From positions 2,021 through 66,020 of the forward strand of contig JBCDBR010000024.1 in NCBI GenBank assembly GCA_039183205.1: DNA of 64,000 bases, written 5' to 3'. The notes beneath the pieces are model-generated. The model was not told the DNA's origin. It saw nothing but the letters and a program-made list of their open reading frames with translations, and made no database searches. The DNA comes from Pseudomonadota bacterium. GTDB lineage: Bacteria; Pseudomonadota; Alphaproteobacteria; Rhodobacterales; Rhodobacteraceae. This document shows, in pieces, positions 1 through 11,672 of this stretch; positions within the stretch are counted from its first letter, which is position 1; the number at the start of each line of letters is the position of its first letter. Made by a program: the position numbers and the translations under genes.

Positions 1-196
1 CCAAGCGGGTGTCGGTCGGCACGTCAACCGGCGGCAAAGCGGCCAATTCCGCTGCCCCGTCGAGCGTGGGCATCGCGATGTCTTCGACCACCGGATCGGC
101 AGGTTCGGTCAGCGACAACGACAGCATCAAGGTCAGCACCGCTGCCACGATCCCGCCCCATCCAAATCCGACAACGAAGCCTTTGAACATGCCCAT
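1..196 (-). CDS. Partial CDS (5' end) of a membrane-anchored protein divergent from trpG, possibly divergent polysaccharide deacetylase family
   Basis: Minus-strand frame from ATG at 196 reads MGMFKGFVVGFGWGGIVAAVLTLMLSLSLTEPADPVVEDIAMP... (TM helix then Pro/acidic linker) and runs off the window edge; family guess is from recalled synteny only. Confidence 0.5.
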   Translation of the reverse strand, partial: MGMFKGFVVGFGWGGIVAAVLTLMLSLSLTEPADPVVEDIAMPTLDGAAELAALPPVDVPTDTRL

Positions 197-323
197 ACCC
201 GTTGTGATCTCTACCGTTCTCGTCTCGGGGCGCTTGACCCCGCGCGGCGGCTGTTCAACAAGTATAGCCCGCGCTTTCGCCGCCTACACCCCCTAATCTC
301 GACAAGGGATGTTTTGACCAGCC

Positions 324-905
324 ATGCTGCTTCTGATCGACAACTACGACAGTTTTACGTATAATCTCGTGCATTATTTGGGCGAGTTAGGGGCCGAGAT
401 ACGGGTCGAACGCAATGATGCCATAGATGTCCAGGACGCGATGGGACTAAAGCCTGAGGCCATCGTGTTGAGCCCCGGACCAGGCTATCCCGACAGTGCC
501 GGTATCTGCCTTGCCCTAACGCAAGCGGCCGCGGAGACACAGATACCGCTCTTCGGCGTTTGCCTCGGCCATCAGACGATTGGCCAAGCGTTTGGTGGAA
601 GCGTCGTGCAGCATATAGACATCGTGCATGGGAAGCTTGGCGAGATCCGGCATCACGGCGTCGGGGTATTCGACGCTCTGCCCTCGCCTTTGCAGGCGAC
701 GCGATATCACAGCCTGGTTGTGGACCGCGACACGCTCCCGCCGGAGCTTGAAATCACAGCCGAGCTCGCCGACGGTACGATCATGGGCGTGCGGCATCGC
801 AGCCTGCCGATTGAGGGTGTGCAGTTCCATCCCGAAAGCATCCGGTCCGAACACGGCCACCAGATGCTCCAGACCTTCTTGAACAAGACCAAGGTGGGCG
901 CATGA
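324..905 (+). CDS. trpG: Anthranilate synthase component II (glutamine amidotransferase)
   Basis: [26 protein letters not shown] and QFHPES motifs; directly upstream of trpD. Confidence 0.95.
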   Translation: MLLLIDNYDSFTYNLVHYLGELGAEIRVERNDAIDVQDAMGLKPEAIVLSPGPGYPDSAGICLALTQAAAETQIPLFGVCLGHQTIGQAFGGSVVQHIDIVHGKLGEIRHHGVGVFDALPSPLQATRYHSLVVDRDTLPPELEITAELADGTIMGVRHRSLPIEGVQFHPESIRSEHGHQMLQTFLNKTKVGA

Positions 906-1918
906 GCGATCAGATGAAGCCGCTTTTGGCGGCGGCCGTCGACCGACCATTAAGCCATGACGAGGCCTCCCAAGCGTTTACGCTGCTATTCGCGGGCGAG
1001 GCCACCGATGCACAGATCGGTGCCCTGTTGATGGCGATGCGGATGCGCGGCGAGACTGTCGAGGAAATCGCTGCTGCGGCCTCCGCAATGCGGGCGAAAT
1101 GCCGTGCCGTGCGCGCGCCGGCGGGCGCGATCGACATCGTTGGCACGGGCGGCGACGGAAAAGGCACGCTCAACATTTCCACCGCGACGGCCTTTGTGGT
1201 GGCCGGCGCCGGCGTTGTGGTCGCCAAGCACGGCAATCGGAACCTCAGTTCCAAATCCGGGGCAGCCGATGCGCTCACGCAAATGGGCGTCGATGTCATG
1301 GTCGGCCCCGATATCGTGGAACAGGCGATCGCCAGCGCCGGGATCGGCTTCATGATGGCGCCGATGCATCATCCCGCCATCGCCCATGTCATGCCCGCCC
1401 GCCAGCAGATGGGCGTACGCACGCTGTTTAATCTCTTAGGCCCGTTAACCAACCCCGCCGGCGTCAAGCGTCAACTGACCGGCGCCTATGACCCGGGGGT
1501 TCTACGACCCATGGCCGAGGTTCTAGGTGCGCTCGGCTCTGAGGCGGCGTGGCTTGTCCATGGCGATGACGGCACCGATGAGCTGTCAATTGCCGGGCCG
1601 TCCAAAGTGGCCGCACTTGCAGATGGCGCGGTCACCGAGTTAGAAATCACCCCATCGGATGCGGGGCTGCCGACGCATCCATTTGACGCCATTCTTGGCG
1701 GCTCACCGGAGCAAAACGCCAATGCCTTCGCGTTGTTGCTGAACGGCGATGGGGGCGCCTATCGCGATGCGGTCCTGCTTAATGCGGCCGCCGCGTTGTT
1801 GGTCGCCGGCGCGGTGTCCGACCTGCCCTCGGGCGTTGAGACGGCCGCCACAAGTATCGATAGCGGTGCTGCCAAGGACTGCCTCACACGGCTTGCCTCG
1901 GTAACCCGAAGCGCATGA
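902..1918 (+). CDS. trpD: Anthranilate phosphoribosyltransferase
   Basis: [29 protein letters not shown] motifs; ATGA overlap with trpG. Confidence 0.97.
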   Translation: MSDQMKPLLAAAVDRPLSHDEASQAFTLLFAGEATDAQIGALLMAMRMRGETVEEIAAAASAMRAKCRAVRAPAGAIDIVGTGGDGKGTLNISTATAFVVAGAGVVVAKHGNRNLSSKSGAADALTQMGVDVMVGPDIVEQAIASAGIGFMMAPMHHPAIAHVMPARQQMGVRTLFNLLGPLTNPAGVKRQLTGAYDPGVLRPMAEVLGALGSEAAWLVHGDDGTDELSIAGPSKVAALADGAVTELEITPSDAGLPTHPFDAILGGSPEQNANAFALLLNGDGGAYRDAVLLNAAAALLVAGAVSDLPSGVETAATSIDSGAAKDCLTRLASVTRSA

Positions 1919-1967
1919 CGTAGCAAATACGCTCGCCGCCTGGCGGCATCTCGGCTATGTTTGGATT

Positions 1968-2432
1968 ATGCTGGCTGGGTTTATGAGACATGGAATGCCG
2001 CTCGGCGCTTTGGCGCTTGCCGCCGGTTTGGTGATTTTGGCGATCGATTGGCTGTTGGTGCTGGACGCGCCGGGGGAGCAAATTCGCGAAAGCGTCGTCT
2101 CCGATGTGGGCGGTGCGGCCCTTGTCGTAACTGGAATGGTGATTTTGGGCGCGGTCTGGCTACAGCGCGGGGATGCTTGCCGGTTCCAGCGCGAGGGCAT
2201 CGCCACCGAAGCAGTTGTGAAAGATCTCAAGCTCGGCTTTTTCGGCACCGATGTCACGCTGGCCTTTGCCGATCAATCCGGTGCGCAGCACCAGGTCACG
2301 CTGCGTGGCTCAAATCTCGCCCTGCAACCCGGCTTTGGTCCCGGCACATCTCTGCCCATCCGGTATCATCCGGACAATCCGAGGCTTCTGCGGTTCCAAG
2401 ACACGCTCGACACGCTCGCGCCGCGCCACTAA
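1968..2432 (+). CDS. Membrane protein, DUF3592-like (two TM helices plus beta domain)
   Basis: Two hydrophobic helices, then GIATEAVV...[13 protein letters not shown] pattern; start may be ATG 1983. Confidence 0.6.
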   Translation: MLAGFMRHGMPLGALALAAGLVILAIDWLLVLDAPGEQIRESVVSDVGGAALVVTGMVILGAVWLQRGDACRFQREGIATEAVVKDLKLGFFGTDVTLAFADQSGAQHQVTLRGSNLALQPGFGPGTSLPIRYHPDNPRLLRFQDTLDTLAPRH

Positions 2433-2442
2433 GACAGCTCGC

Positions 2443-3237
2443 ATGGCAAGCATTCTCGATCAGATCAAAACCTATAAGCTTGAAGAAGTTGAAACGGCCA
2501 AGGCCGCACGATCACTGACGATGATCGAAAGCGACGCGCGCAGTGCACCGAATGTGCGCGCCTTTGGCGATGCGCTGCGCCGCGCATCGGAAACCGGCTA
2601 TGGTCTGATTGCCGAGATCAAGAAGGCAAGCCCGTCTAAGGGACTGATCCGAGAGGATTTTGATCCGCCGGCGCTGGCCCGCGCCTATGCCACTGGCGGG
2701 GCGACCTGTCTGTCGGTGTTAACCGACACGCCTTCGTTTCAAGGCGCGCCCGCATTTCTGACCGAGGCCCGCGCGGCGACCGAGCTCCCGGTGTTGCGCA
2801 AAGACTTTCTCTACGACCCCTATCAGGTGGTTGAGGCGCGCGCCTGGGGGGCCGATTGCATCTTGATTATCATGGCCAGCGTGTCCGATGCACAGGCGCA
2901 AGAGCTTGAAGATGCCGCATTTTATTGGGGCATGGATGCTCTGATCGAGGTGCATGATGCCGCCGAGATGGACCGCGCGTTACAACTCCGCTCGCGGCTC
3001 ATTGGCATAAACAACCGCAATCTCAATACGTTCGAGATCGATCTTAACACAACACGAACACTTTCCGCCAAGGTGCCAGCGGGCCATTTGTTGATCTCTG
3101 AATCGGGGCTTTACGCACCGCAAGATCTGGCCGAAATGGCCGCGCATGGCGCGCGGGCGTTTTTGGTCGGGGAAAGCCTGATGCGGCAAGACAACGTCGC
3201 CTCGGCAACCGCGGCACTGCTTGCGGATCCGGTATGA
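2443..3237 (+). CDS. trpC: Indole-3-glycerol phosphate synthase
   Basis: [29 protein letters not shown] motifs; start set to MASILDQI. Confidence 0.97.
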   Translation: MASILDQIKTYKLEEVETAKAARSLTMIESDARSAPNVRAFGDALRRASETGYGLIAEIKKASPSKGLIREDFDPPALARAYATGGATCLSVLTDTPSFQGAPAFLTEARAATELPVLRKDFLYDPYQVVEARAWGADCILIIMASVSDAQAQELEDAAFYWGMDALIEVHDAAEMDRALQLRSRLIGINNRNLNTFEIDLNTTRTLSAKVPAGHLLISESGLYAPQDLAEMAAHGARAFLVGESLMRQDNVASATAALLADPV

Positions 3238-3713
3238 GCGGGCTCACGCATTTCGATGCCGATGGGCGGGCGCAGATGGTGGATGTGTCGGACAAACCCG
3301 ATACCGCGCGCATTGCTATGGCCGAGGCTCATGTCCGGATGGCGCCATCGACGCTCGCAATTGTCACAGCGCGCAAGGCGAAAAAAGGCGATGTCGTCGC
3401 GGTGGCCGAATTGGCGGGCATTCAAGCGGCCAAACGCACGGCCGATCTCATTCCACTGTGCCATCCCCTGCCCCTATCAAAGGTCGCGCTTGCGGTGGAA
3501 CCTGACCCGGCGCTCCCGGGCCTGCATGTGGTGGCGACGGTCAAGACGACCGGCCCCACGGGCGTCGAAATGGAGGCGCTGAGCGCTGTGTCGGTTGCCG
3601 CATTGACCATCTATGACATGCTCAAGGCCGTCGATCGTGGCATGGAGATTGGCGGCGTTCGGGTGTTGCTAAAAGACGGCGGCGCGTCGGGCCGGTACGA
3701 GGCGGAGGGGTGA
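3234..3713 (+). CDS. moaC: Cyclic pyranopterin monophosphate synthase
   Basis: [31 protein letters not shown] motifs. Confidence 0.97.
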   Translation: MSGLTHFDADGRAQMVDVSDKPDTARIAMAEAHVRMAPSTLAIVTARKAKKGDVVAVAELAGIQAAKRTADLIPLCHPLPLSKVALAVEPDPALPGLHVVATVKTTGPTGVEMEALSAVSVAALTIYDMLKAVDRGMEIGGVRVLLKDGGASGRYEAEG

Positions 3714-4882
3714 TCTCGACGCAGGAGGCGCTTGCCGAATGCTTGGCGCTGGCTGCACCGGTCGGCCATGAGATTGTGCCGCTTTTACATGCTGGCGGCC
3801 GGGTTCTGGCCAGCACGCTGACAGCAACGCGGGATCAGCCGCCCTTTGCCACCTCGGTGATGGATGGCTATGCATTGGATGGGGCACGCCCTGGCGCGCG
3901 CTATCGCGTGGTCGGTGCTGCCCCGGCGGGGCATGCCTGGCCCGGCACGCTCCAACCCGGCGAGGCACTGCGCATTTTCACGGGCGCGCCAATTCCAAAA
4001 GGTGCCAGCCAGGTGGTGATCCAAGAAGATGTCACGCGCTCGGACGACACGATCACGCTTGCCGACCGGCTTGACGCAAAGGCCAATATCCGGCCTCCGG
4101 GGACGGATTTCCGCATCGGGTCCGAGATCGCCAGCGGCCGCGTCCTGTCGCCGGCCCTGGTCGCGCTCGCGGCCGCGATGGGCCACGCGGACCTAACCGT
4201 TTCCCGCAGACCGGACGTTGCCATCATGGCGACGGGCGACGAATTGGTCCCCCCCGGAGGCACGCCCAGGCCGGACCAAATCGTGGCCTCAAATAGCTAT
4301 GGTCTGAAAGCGATGGCCGATGCGGCCGGAGCAAACGCACGGCTTTTGCCGATTGCAGCGGATCGAAAGGACAGTCTTGAGACAGCCTTCGGCCTTGCAC
4401 GGGATGCCGATTTGGTCGTCACCATCGGTGGCGCCTCGGTCGGCGATCACGATATCGTCGGCGCGGTGGCCGCCGATCTGGGCATGGCGCGGTCATTTTA
4501 CAAAATCGCCATGCGGCCAGGCAAGCCGCTGATGGCCGGAAAATTGAGCGCCTCCGCGCTGTTAGGATTACCTGGCAATCCGGCATCGGCCATGGTTTGC
4601 GGCCAGATCTTCATGGTCCCCATGATCGCGGCAATGCTGGGCCTGCCGGCCGGACCCGCACCCCGGAAACAGGCGCGCCTGGCGGTCGATATCGGTGCGA
4701 ACGGCCCGCGTGAGCATTATATGCGCGCAACCCTAGACGGCGACGCGCTTACACCGGCTGACAGCCAGGACTCGGCGCTTTTGACGCGCCTGGCAGCGGC
4801 AAATGTGCTGCTTGTGCGCCCCCCGAATGCGCCGGCCTGCCGGGCCGGCGATACGGTCGATTATGTCCCGCTGATCGCATGA
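3710..4882 (+). CDS. moeA: Molybdopterin molybdotransferase MoeA (gephyrin-like)
   Basis: [42 protein letters not shown] motifs. Confidence 0.95.
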   Translation: MISTQEALAECLALAAPVGHEIVPLLHAGGRVLASTLTATRDQPPFATSVMDGYALDGARPGARYRVVGAAPAGHAWPGTLQPGEALRIFTGAPIPKGASQVVIQEDVTRSDDTITLADRLDAKANIRPPGTDFRIGSEIASGRVLSPALVALAAAMGHADLTVSRRPDVAIMATGDELVPPGGTPRPDQIVASNSYGLKAMADAAGANARLLPIAADRKDSLETAFGLARDADLVVTIGGASVGDHDIVGAVAADLGMARSFYKIAMRPGKPLMAGKLSASALLGLPGNPASAMVCGQIFMVPMIAAMLGLPAGPAPRKQARLAVDIGANGPREHYMRATLDGDALTPADSQDSALLTRLAAANVLLVRPPNAPACRAGDTVDYVPLIA

Positions 4883-4895
4883 TTCCTGTCAATAA

Positions 4896-4924
4896 TTGAC
4901 ACAGACCAAGAACAGGGATAGAAC
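4896..4924 (+). promoter_or_regulatory. sigma70-type promoter of lexA
   Basis: TTGACA (4896-4901), 17-nt spacer, TAGAAC (4919-4924). Confidence 0.7.
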
Positions 4925-4935
4925 ATTTCCCGAAC
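4910..4935 (+). promoter_or_regulatory. Tandem alphaproteobacterial SOS (LexA) boxes
   Basis: GAAC-agggata-GAAC-atttccc-GAAC gives two overlapping GAAC-N7-GAAC boxes over the -10 of lexA. Confidence 0.9.
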
Positions 4936-4963
4936 GAAGCCCTGTCACTGAGGGAGAGCAGAC

Positions 4964-5650
4964 ATGCTGACGAAGAAACAGCTCGACCTGTTGGAATTTA
5001 TCAACAAGCGGATGCAACGCGATGGCGTGCCGCCATCTTTCGATGAGATGAAAGAAGCGCTCGACCTGCGGTCGAAATCCGGTATCCACCGGCTTATAAC
5101 TGCGCTTGAAGAACGCGGCTTTATCCGCCGGCTGCCGCATCGTGCCCGCGCGATTGAGGTTGTGAAACTGCCCGATGCGTTGGAAAATAAATCTGGCTTT
5201 TCGCCGCGCGTGATCGAGGGCGACAAAACCGACCCGCCCACGGGCGCGATACCGATTTCCGTGGGCGCTGAGGAATTGCCCGTGATGGGCCGCATCGCGG
5301 CCGGCACACCGATCGAGGCGATCAGCCACGCGTCTCACTCCGTTGCGGTTCCGCAGACGATGCTGACCGGCGGAAAATCGCACTATGCGCTTGAAGTTAA
5401 GGGCGATTCCATGATCGACGCTGGCATCAACGATGGCGATATCGTGGTGATCGAAGAAGGCGCCACAGCAGATAACGGAGATATCGTGGTGGCGTTGGTC
5501 GAAGATCAGGAAGCCACGCTAAAGCGGTTTTTCAAACGCGGTGAGATGATCGCGCTTGAGGCGGCAAACCCCGCTTATGAAACACGGATGTTGCGGGGCG
5601 ATCAGGTCAAGGTTCAAGGCCGTCTGGTGGGCCTTATCCGAAGCTATTGA
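4964..5650 (+). CDS. lexA: SOS repressor LexA
   Basis: MLTKKQ N-terminal wHTH, GRIAAG cleavage site, GDSM catalytic Ser, TLKR catalytic Lys; SOS boxes upstream. Confidence 0.98.
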   Translation: MLTKKQLDLLEFINKRMQRDGVPPSFDEMKEALDLRSKSGIHRLITALEERGFIRRLPHRARAIEVVKLPDALENKSGFSPRVIEGDKTDPPTGAIPISVGAEELPVMGRIAAGTPIEAISHASHSVAVPQTMLTGGKSHYALEVKGDSMIDAGINDGDIVVIEEGATADNGDIVVALVEDQEATLKRFFKRGEMIALEAANPAYETRMLRGDQVKVQGRLVGLIRSY

Positions 5651-7743
5651 TAGCCCCATGACGCCCTGACCCCGGCATCTGACCACAACCGCGCGCCCTG
5701 CGCCCCACGCGCCGTCTCAATGCGCCCGCTTTCGTAGACGGCGAGCGATCCGGTATCCGAAAGCGTCGCAGGTGTGATCAAAAGACAGGGCTCGGCGCGC
5801 AACGGCCAGAGCGCGGGCAAAGGGCCTTGCGCCAGATTGTCTGGCGGGTCGATATTGACGACGACCACATCGTGTCGCGCGCAGGCCGCGACCACAGCGT
5901 CCTCGGCCCGGCGGCCCGTCCCATGCCAAAGATCGGTCCCCGCCCATTCGGTATGCCAACCCGGCCCGTCCTCGCGCCAGCCCGGCCGCGATGCGGCAAG
6001 GCGCTGATCGGCACCGTCGCCATCGTTTTCAAGCCAGATGCCGGCGGCAAACCCGTCACCGCGCGCGCGGCTGAGCGCCCGGCCGTCTGGGGCCATGGTG
6101 CCGACCAAGCCACCGGAGGCCGAGATCAAAACCGCGGGCCGTTCGGCCAAAGGCCAGATCGCAAGTGCTGCGCCAACGGGAATAGCCCCGATCCAGCGCA
6201 ACCGCCCACGCCAGATGATCACCCACAGACCGCCCAGGACAATAGCCGCGATCAGCCCTTGCGGCGGAGAGACGATCGGGCGCACAGCGCCAGGCCAGCT
6301 TACAACCGTCTCGGAGGTCATCAAAATTGCCGTTAAACCCTGTTCCATGACCCATAGTGCCGGCGCCTCAAGCCCAAAGGGCGCAAGGCAGCCCGCAACA
6401 ACCGCGGCCGGAATGACCAGGCTGCCCATGATCGGAACCGAGATCAAATTGGCCGCCAGCCCGTAGGACGCCATGATGTTAAAGACGGCCGCCGAAAAGG
6501 GTGCGGTCGCGGCCCCGGCAACGACGGAGGATAGTGTCAGCCCACCGATCCAACGCTGCCAGAGCGGTTTGGCCTTTAGCCAGCTTGCCCCGCGTAGCTG
6601 CTCAAAGGCCGCCACAAGCGCGGCCGTGGCAGCAAACGACATTTGAAACCCGGGGCTGAGCAACGTCTCCGGCCGGCGTGCAAGCACGATGATGGCGGCA
6701 ATTGCGACCGAACGCAGGGTGATGGCCCGTCGGTCCAGCATAACTGCCGCCAACATGACCGCGACTTGGATGAAGGCGCGTTCCGTGGCCACATTGCCGC
6801 CGGAGAGCGCCAGGTAGAACGCCCCGGCGGCCATTGCCCCGGCCGCGGCCCATTTCCGGATTGGAAACCGCAGCGCCAGCACCGAGACTGCGGCCAGGCC
6901 GATACGCAAACTCGCGAATACAAAACCCGTCAAAAGCCCCATATGGAGGCCCGATATGGCCAGAAGATGCGCGATGTTCGACCCTCGCATGGAGGCCAAC
7001 GTGTCCGGGCTGAGGCCCGAGCGATCCCCCGTGGTCACGGCGGCGGCAAAGGCACCGGCCTGCCCGTCGATACGATCTTGGATCGCCCGGCTGAGCGACA
7101 GACGCAAATGTGTCAAGCCATGCGCGCCGTCCGGTCGCGGCGCCAAAAGTAGGGCCGGACTGCGCGTGTAACCCTGGCCACCGATGCTGAGATGCCAGGC
7201 ATGCCGTTGAAAATCGAACCCGCCCGGCTCAGCCGGGCCACCGGGGGGCGACAGATGCCCGGTCATCATGATGCGCGCGCCCGGCTCTGGGGTGATGTAG
7301 GTTTGTTCTCCAAAGAGTGAGACGCGCACCCGACGCGGCGTGTTCCTTGGCTCAAGCCATTCCAACGTCACATCCGCCAAGGTGACCCGCAGGGCGTTTG
7401 AGGCCGATCGATCCACGGCGACGACTGTACCCTCAATGGCGCCGTAATAGCGCCCGTCCAGCACAGGTCCGGCGACAAGGTGCGCGCGCAGACCCGCCAA
7501 ACCTGCGCCAATCGCGAAGAACATCGCCGCAAGCGCCAGGGGCCCGACCATCTCACGCCAGCGGAGCGCAGCTAAGGCCGCCGCGATCAAAGCCAGCAGG
7601 CAAACCGCGTAATAAAGCGGCTGCGGCTCTGTTTGCTGGGAAAAGTACCACGCGACGCCCAAGCCCATGAAGACCGGGCACCACGGCAAAAGTGCACCGC
7701 GCTGACCCTGGAGCGTCGCGTTGATGGACTGTAAAATGCGCAA
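5644..7743 (-). CDS. comEC: ComEC/Rec2 family DNA uptake membrane protein
   Basis: [23 protein letters not shown] motifs, many TM helices; start uncertain (TTG 7743 chosen). Confidence 0.9.
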   Translation of the reverse strand: MRILQSINATLQGQRGALLPWCPVFMGLGVAWYFSQQTEPQPLYYAVCLLALIAAALAALRWREMVGPLALAAMFFAIGAGLAGLRAHLVAGPVLDGRYYGAIEGTVVAVDRSASNALRVTLADVTLEWLEPRNTPRRVRVSLFGEQTYITPEPGARIMMTGHLSPPGGPAEPGGFDFQRHAWHLSIGGQGYTRSPALLLAPRPDGAHGLTHLRLSLSRAIQDRIDGQAGAFAAAVTTGDRSGLSPDTLASMRGSNIAHLLAISGLHMGLLTGFVFASLRIGLAAVSVLALRFPIRKWAAAGAMAAGAFYLALSGGNVATERAFIQVAVMLAAVMLDRRAITLRSVAIAAIIVLARRPETLLSPGFQMSFAATAALVAAFEQLRGASWLKAKPLWQRWIGGLTLSSVVAGAATAPFSAAVFNIMASYGLAANLISVPIMGSLVIPAAVVAGCLAPFGLEAPALWVMEQGLTAILMTSETVVSWPGAVRPIVSPPQGLIAAIVLGGLWVIIWRGRLRWIGAIPVGAALAIWPLAERPAVLISASGGLVGTMAPDGRALSRARGDGFAAGIWLENDGDGADQRLAASRPGWREDGPGWHTEWAGTDLWHGTGRRAEDAVVAACARHDVVVVNIDPPDNLAQGPLPALWPLRAEPCLLITPATLSDTGSLAVYESGRIETARGAQGARLWSDAGVRASWGYQ

Positions 7744-7802
7744 GGCTTGCCACCCCGCGCGCTGTTTTTTAAACATCGCGCGACCAGCCATCCCATGCAG
7801 TC

Positions 7803-7818
7803 GTTTCGAAATGGTTAA
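7803..7818 (-). promoter_or_regulatory. Putative CtrA site upstream of comEC
   Basis: Minus strand TTAACCATTTCGAAAC contains TTAACCAT and a degenerate TTAA-N7-TTAAC. Confidence 0.5.
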
Positions 7819-7860
7819 CGCGCGCCGGCCTCGGTAACGGCGTGTAAAGAAAGGCACCCA

Positions 7861-9264
7861 ATGTCACAGGCCGTTGTTACGCGTATCGCGCCGTCGCCCA
7901 CGGGCATGATGCATATCGGCACGGCCCGAACGGCTTTGTTTAATTGGCTATTTGCGCGCGGCCGCGGCGGAACATTCCTTCTGCGCATCGAAGACACAGA
8001 TCGTGCACGGTCCACCCCGGAGGCCACAAAGGCGATTCTCGACGGGCTGCGTTGGTTGGGGCTGGATTGGGATGGTGAGCCGGTCAGCCAGTTTTCCCGC
8101 ATTTCGCGCCATGCCGACGTGGCCAATGCCATGCTTGCGGCCGGCCACGCCTATAAGTGCTTTGCGACGCAGGATGACATCCAGGATTTCCGGGATCGTG
8201 CAAAGGCGGAGGGACGCTCGACCCTGTTTCTTAGCCCCTGGCGCGATGTATCACCCGCGGATCACCCGAATGCGCCCTTTGTGGTTCGCCTGAAGGCCCC
8301 GCGCGATGGCGTCACGGATGTCGACGACGCGGTGCAAGGCACAGTCACAACCCGCAATGATCTTCTGGATGACATGGTTTTGCTGCGCTCAGACGGGACG
8401 CCGACCTATATGTTGGCGGTGGTTGTGGATGACCATGACATGGGTGTCACGCACGCCATCCGCGGCGATGATCACCTGTCAAACGCGGCGCGCCAAGCGC
8501 AGATTTACCGGGCCATGGGCTGGAACGAGCCTGTATGGGCCCATATCCCGCTCATCCATGGGCCAGATGGTAAAAAGCTGTCGAAGCGGCATGGCGCGCT
8601 TGGCGTGATGGATTACGCCGCCCAGGGTTATCCTGCTGCGGCGATGCGCAACTATTTGGCGCGGCTGGGTTGGGCGCATGGCGACGATGAATTGTTCACC
8701 GATGCGCAAGCAACGGCGTGGTTTGATTTGTCCGGCATCGGGCGGTCACCGGCTCGGCTGGATCCGAAAAAGCTTGCCCATACGTCAGGCTGGCACATTG
8801 CCAGGATGGACACCGCCGATCTCATTGCGGCAGTGCAGGATTTTCACGCCCTGCAAGACGATCAAACAGGATCGCCACTCGATCTTGGAAAATTGGAAGA
8901 GGCGCTACCGATTGTCCGAGGAAGCGTGAAGTCCATTCCGGACATTATTGAAAAAGCACACTTTAATTTAACGTCGCGACCGATTGAGCCAGATGAGAAA
9001 TCAGCGCCAAGTCTCACGAATGTATCCCGTCGTATACTGTTGGAATTGACTGCGCAGTTGCAGAATGTTAGCTGGGACCGCGAGACGCTGGAGGGCGTTC
9101 TCGGCACGGTTGCGGAGGCCCATGGGCTGAAGTTTGGGGAGCTCGCAAAGCCGCTCCGTGCTGCCTTGTCGGGCCGTGCTGCCACACCGAGCGTCTACGA
9201 CATGATGCTGGTTCTTGGCAAAACTGAAAGCTTGGCACGGCTCGATGATGCCGGTCGCCTCTGA
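7861..9264 (+). CDS. gltX: Glutamate--tRNA ligase
   Basis: [12 protein letters not shown] (HIGH), RIEDTD, KLSKR (KMSKS) motifs. Confidence 0.97.
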   Translation: MSQAVVTRIAPSPTGMMHIGTARTALFNWLFARGRGGTFLLRIEDTDRARSTPEATKAILDGLRWLGLDWDGEPVSQFSRISRHADVANAMLAAGHAYKCFATQDDIQDFRDRAKAEGRSTLFLSPWRDVSPADHPNAPFVVRLKAPRDGVTDVDDAVQGTVTTRNDLLDDMVLLRSDGTPTYMLAVVVDDHDMGVTHAIRGDDHLSNAARQAQIYRAMGWNEPVWAHIPLIHGPDGKKLSKRHGALGVMDYAAQGYPAAAMRNYLARLGWAHGDDELFTDAQATAWFDLSGIGRSPARLDPKKLAHTSGWHIARMDTADLIAAVQDFHALQDDQTGSPLDLGKLEEALPIVRGSVKSIPDIIEKAHFNLTSRPIEPDEKSAPSLTNVSRRILLELTAQLQNVSWDRETLEGVLGTVAEAHGLKFGELAKPLRAALSGRAATPSVYDMMLVLGKTESLARLDDAGRL

Positions 9265-9350
9265 CGGGGCTCCAGGTGCCCGGCGTACATCTTACGCCGC
9301 GAAGTGAGACATCCCTGGCCATCGGTCGGGATCAGATGGAAGGGACATCC

Positions 9351-10640
9351 ATGGCCGACACACGAACCGCGACGCTGACCTTTAACGGCAAAACCTTTGA
9401 ATTTCCAATGCATTCCCCTACCGTCGGGCCGGACGTGGTGGATATTCAGAAGCTTTACGGCACGGCTGGCATATTCACGCATGATCCTGGCTTCACATCG
9501 ACTTCTTCAACCGAAAGTGGGCTCACGTTTATCGACGGCGACAAGGGTATCTTGTTGCATCGCGGATATTCGATCGATGACTTGGCCAAGCGCGCGACAT
9601 ATCTGGAAACGTGTTATTTGCTGCTATACGGCGAGTTGCCGAACCAAGCTCAGCTTGCAGATTTCGAAGACCGCGTGACGCTTCACACGATGCTGCATGA
9701 GCAAATGACCAATTTTTTCAGAGGCTTCCGCCGCGACGCGCATCCCATGGCGATCATGGTCGGTGTCGTCGGCGCGATGAGCGCCTTTTACCATGACAGC
9801 ACCGACATATCCGACCCTTGGCAGCGCGAGGTTGCATCAATTCGCCTGATCGCGAAGATGCCGACGATTGCGGCTTGGGCCTACAAATATTCCATTGGGC
9901 AACCGTTTGTGTATCCGCGTAACGATCTCGACTACGCGACCAATTTCTTGCGCATGTGCTTTGCTGTGCCGGCAGAGGAATACCAACCCGACCCGATCCT
10001 GTCGCGCGCGATGGATCGCATCTTCACGCTGCATGCCGATCACGAGCAGAACGCCTCGACCTCGACCGTGCGGCTGGCCGGATCGTCTGGCGCAAACCCG
10101 TTCGCCTGCATCGCCGCCGGCATTGCCTGCCTGTGGGGCCCCGCCCATGGTGGCGCCAATCAGGCCTGCCTGGAAATGCTGCGCGAGATCGGATCGGTTG
10201 ACCGTATCCCGGAATTTATTGCCAGGGCCAAAGACCGCGACGATCCGTTCCGGCTGATGGGTTTCGGCCACCGCGTCTACAAAAACTTCGACCCCCGCGC
10301 GCGGGTGATGAAGGAAAGCGCTGACGAGGTGCTCGACCTCTTGGGCATCGAAGACAATCCCACTTTGCAGGTGGCAAAAGAGCTTGAGAAAATCGCGCTC
10401 GATGATCCGTATTTCGCGGAAAAAAAGCTCTATCCAAATGTCGATTTCTATTCTGGCATCATCTTGGACGCGATGGCGTTTCCAACCGCAATGTTCACGC
10501 CGATCTTTGCGCTTAGCCGGACGGTCGGTTGGATTGCGCAGTGGAAAGAGATGATTGCAGACAGCTCCAAGATCGGGCGGCCTCGGCAGCTTTATACCGG
10601 TCCCATGCACCGCGAATACGTCGCGATTGAGGACCGGTAG
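9351..10640 (+). CDS. gltA: Citrate synthase (type II)
   Basis: [43 protein letters not shown] motifs. Confidence 0.98.
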   Translation: MADTRTATLTFNGKTFEFPMHSPTVGPDVVDIQKLYGTAGIFTHDPGFTSTSSTESGLTFIDGDKGILLHRGYSIDDLAKRATYLETCYLLLYGELPNQAQLADFEDRVTLHTMLHEQMTNFFRGFRRDAHPMAIMVGVVGAMSAFYHDSTDISDPWQREVASIRLIAKMPTIAAWAYKYSIGQPFVYPRNDLDYATNFLRMCFAVPAEEYQPDPILSRAMDRIFTLHADHEQNASTSTVRLAGSSGANPFACIAAGIACLWGPAHGGANQACLEMLREIGSVDRIPEFIARAKDRDDPFRLMGFGHRVYKNFDPRARVMKESADEVLDLLGIEDNPTLQVAKELEKIALDDPYFAEKKLYPNVDFYSGIILDAMAFPTAMFTPIFALSRTVGWIAQWKEMIADSSKIGRPRQLYTGPMHREYVAIEDR

Positions 10641-10694
10641 TCTCTGGCCCAAGCGATCTTGCTCATCTAGGCTCGCCGGAATAAGGGCGGGGAC

Positions 10695-11633
10695 ATGACG
10701 CGAAAGATCATTATCGATACCGACCCGGGCCAGGATGACGCCGTAGCGATCCTGTTGGCCCTAGCGAGCCCTGAGGACCTCGACGTTCTTGGCATCGTTG
10801 CGGTTGCCGGCAATGTCCCGCTTGCACTGACCGAACGAAATGCGCGCATTGTGTGCGAGCTGGCTGGGCGGCCGGATGTGCAAGTCTTTGCCGGCTGTGC
10901 AGCGCCAATGTCTCGACCGCTGGTCACGGCTGAGCATGTGCACGGAAAAACGGGGCTCGACGGGCCGCAACTGCCCGACCCGACGATGCCACTGCAACCG
11001 CGGCACGGGGTCGATTTCATTGTTGAAACGCTGCGTCAATCTGAGCCCGGTAGCATCACGTTGTGCCCGCTCGGTCCGCTGACCAATATTGCCGCCGCGT
11101 TTGAACAAGCACCCGACATCGTCGGCCGCGTGGCCGAAATTGTGTTGATGGGCGGCGCCTATTTCGAGGTTGGCAACATCACGCCAGCGGCGGAGTTCAA
11201 CATTTATGTCGACCCACAGGCCGCCGATCTCGTGTTCCGCTCCGGCGTGAAAATCACAGTGATGCCTTTGGACGTGACGCATAAGGCTCTGACCACACGG
11301 GTTCGGATCGACGCCTTTCGTCACATGGGCACAGAAGCAGGTCGGATGGTTGCGGCCTGGACCGACTTTTTCGAACGGTTCGACATGGAAAAATACGGAT
11401 CCGAAGGCGCGCCGTTGCACGACCCCTGCGTCATTGCATATCTGATCGAACCCACGCTTTTTTCAGGACGGCACATCAATGTGGAAATTGAAACCGCGTC
11501 TGAGCTTACCATGGGCATGACCGTGGCCGATTGGTGGGGTGTCACGGACAGGCCGAAAAACGCCCTATTCATGGGCGATTTGGACGCAGATGGGTTCTAT
11601 CGGCTGTTGGTCGACCGCATTGCTCGGCTCTGA
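10695..11633 (+). CDS. Inosine/uridine-preferring nucleoside hydrolase (canonical)
   Basis: DTDPGQDD, VAGN, AEFN, PLHD motifs. Confidence 0.93.
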   Translation: MTRKIIIDTDPGQDDAVAILLALASPEDLDVLGIVAVAGNVPLALTERNARIVCELAGRPDVQVFAGCAAPMSRPLVTAEHVHGKTGLDGPQLPDPTMPLQPRHGVDFIVETLRQSEPGSITLCPLGPLTNIAAAFEQAPDIVGRVAEIVLMGGAYFEVGNITPAAEFNIYVDPQAADLVFRSGVKITVMPLDVTHKALTTRVRIDAFRHMGTEAGRMVAAWTDFFERFDMEKYGSEGAPLHDPCVIAYLIEPTLFSGRHINVEIETASELTMGMTVADWWGVTDRPKNALFMGDLDADGFYRLLVDRIARL

Positions 11634-11672
11634 GCTCTGGCCGACTGACCTTTGGATGCTTAGATTACCGGC

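Noticed and set aside
8955-9050. AT-richer patch with TATACT inside the gltX 3' region
   Set aside because: Could be an internal gltA promoter, but no well-spaced -35 was found
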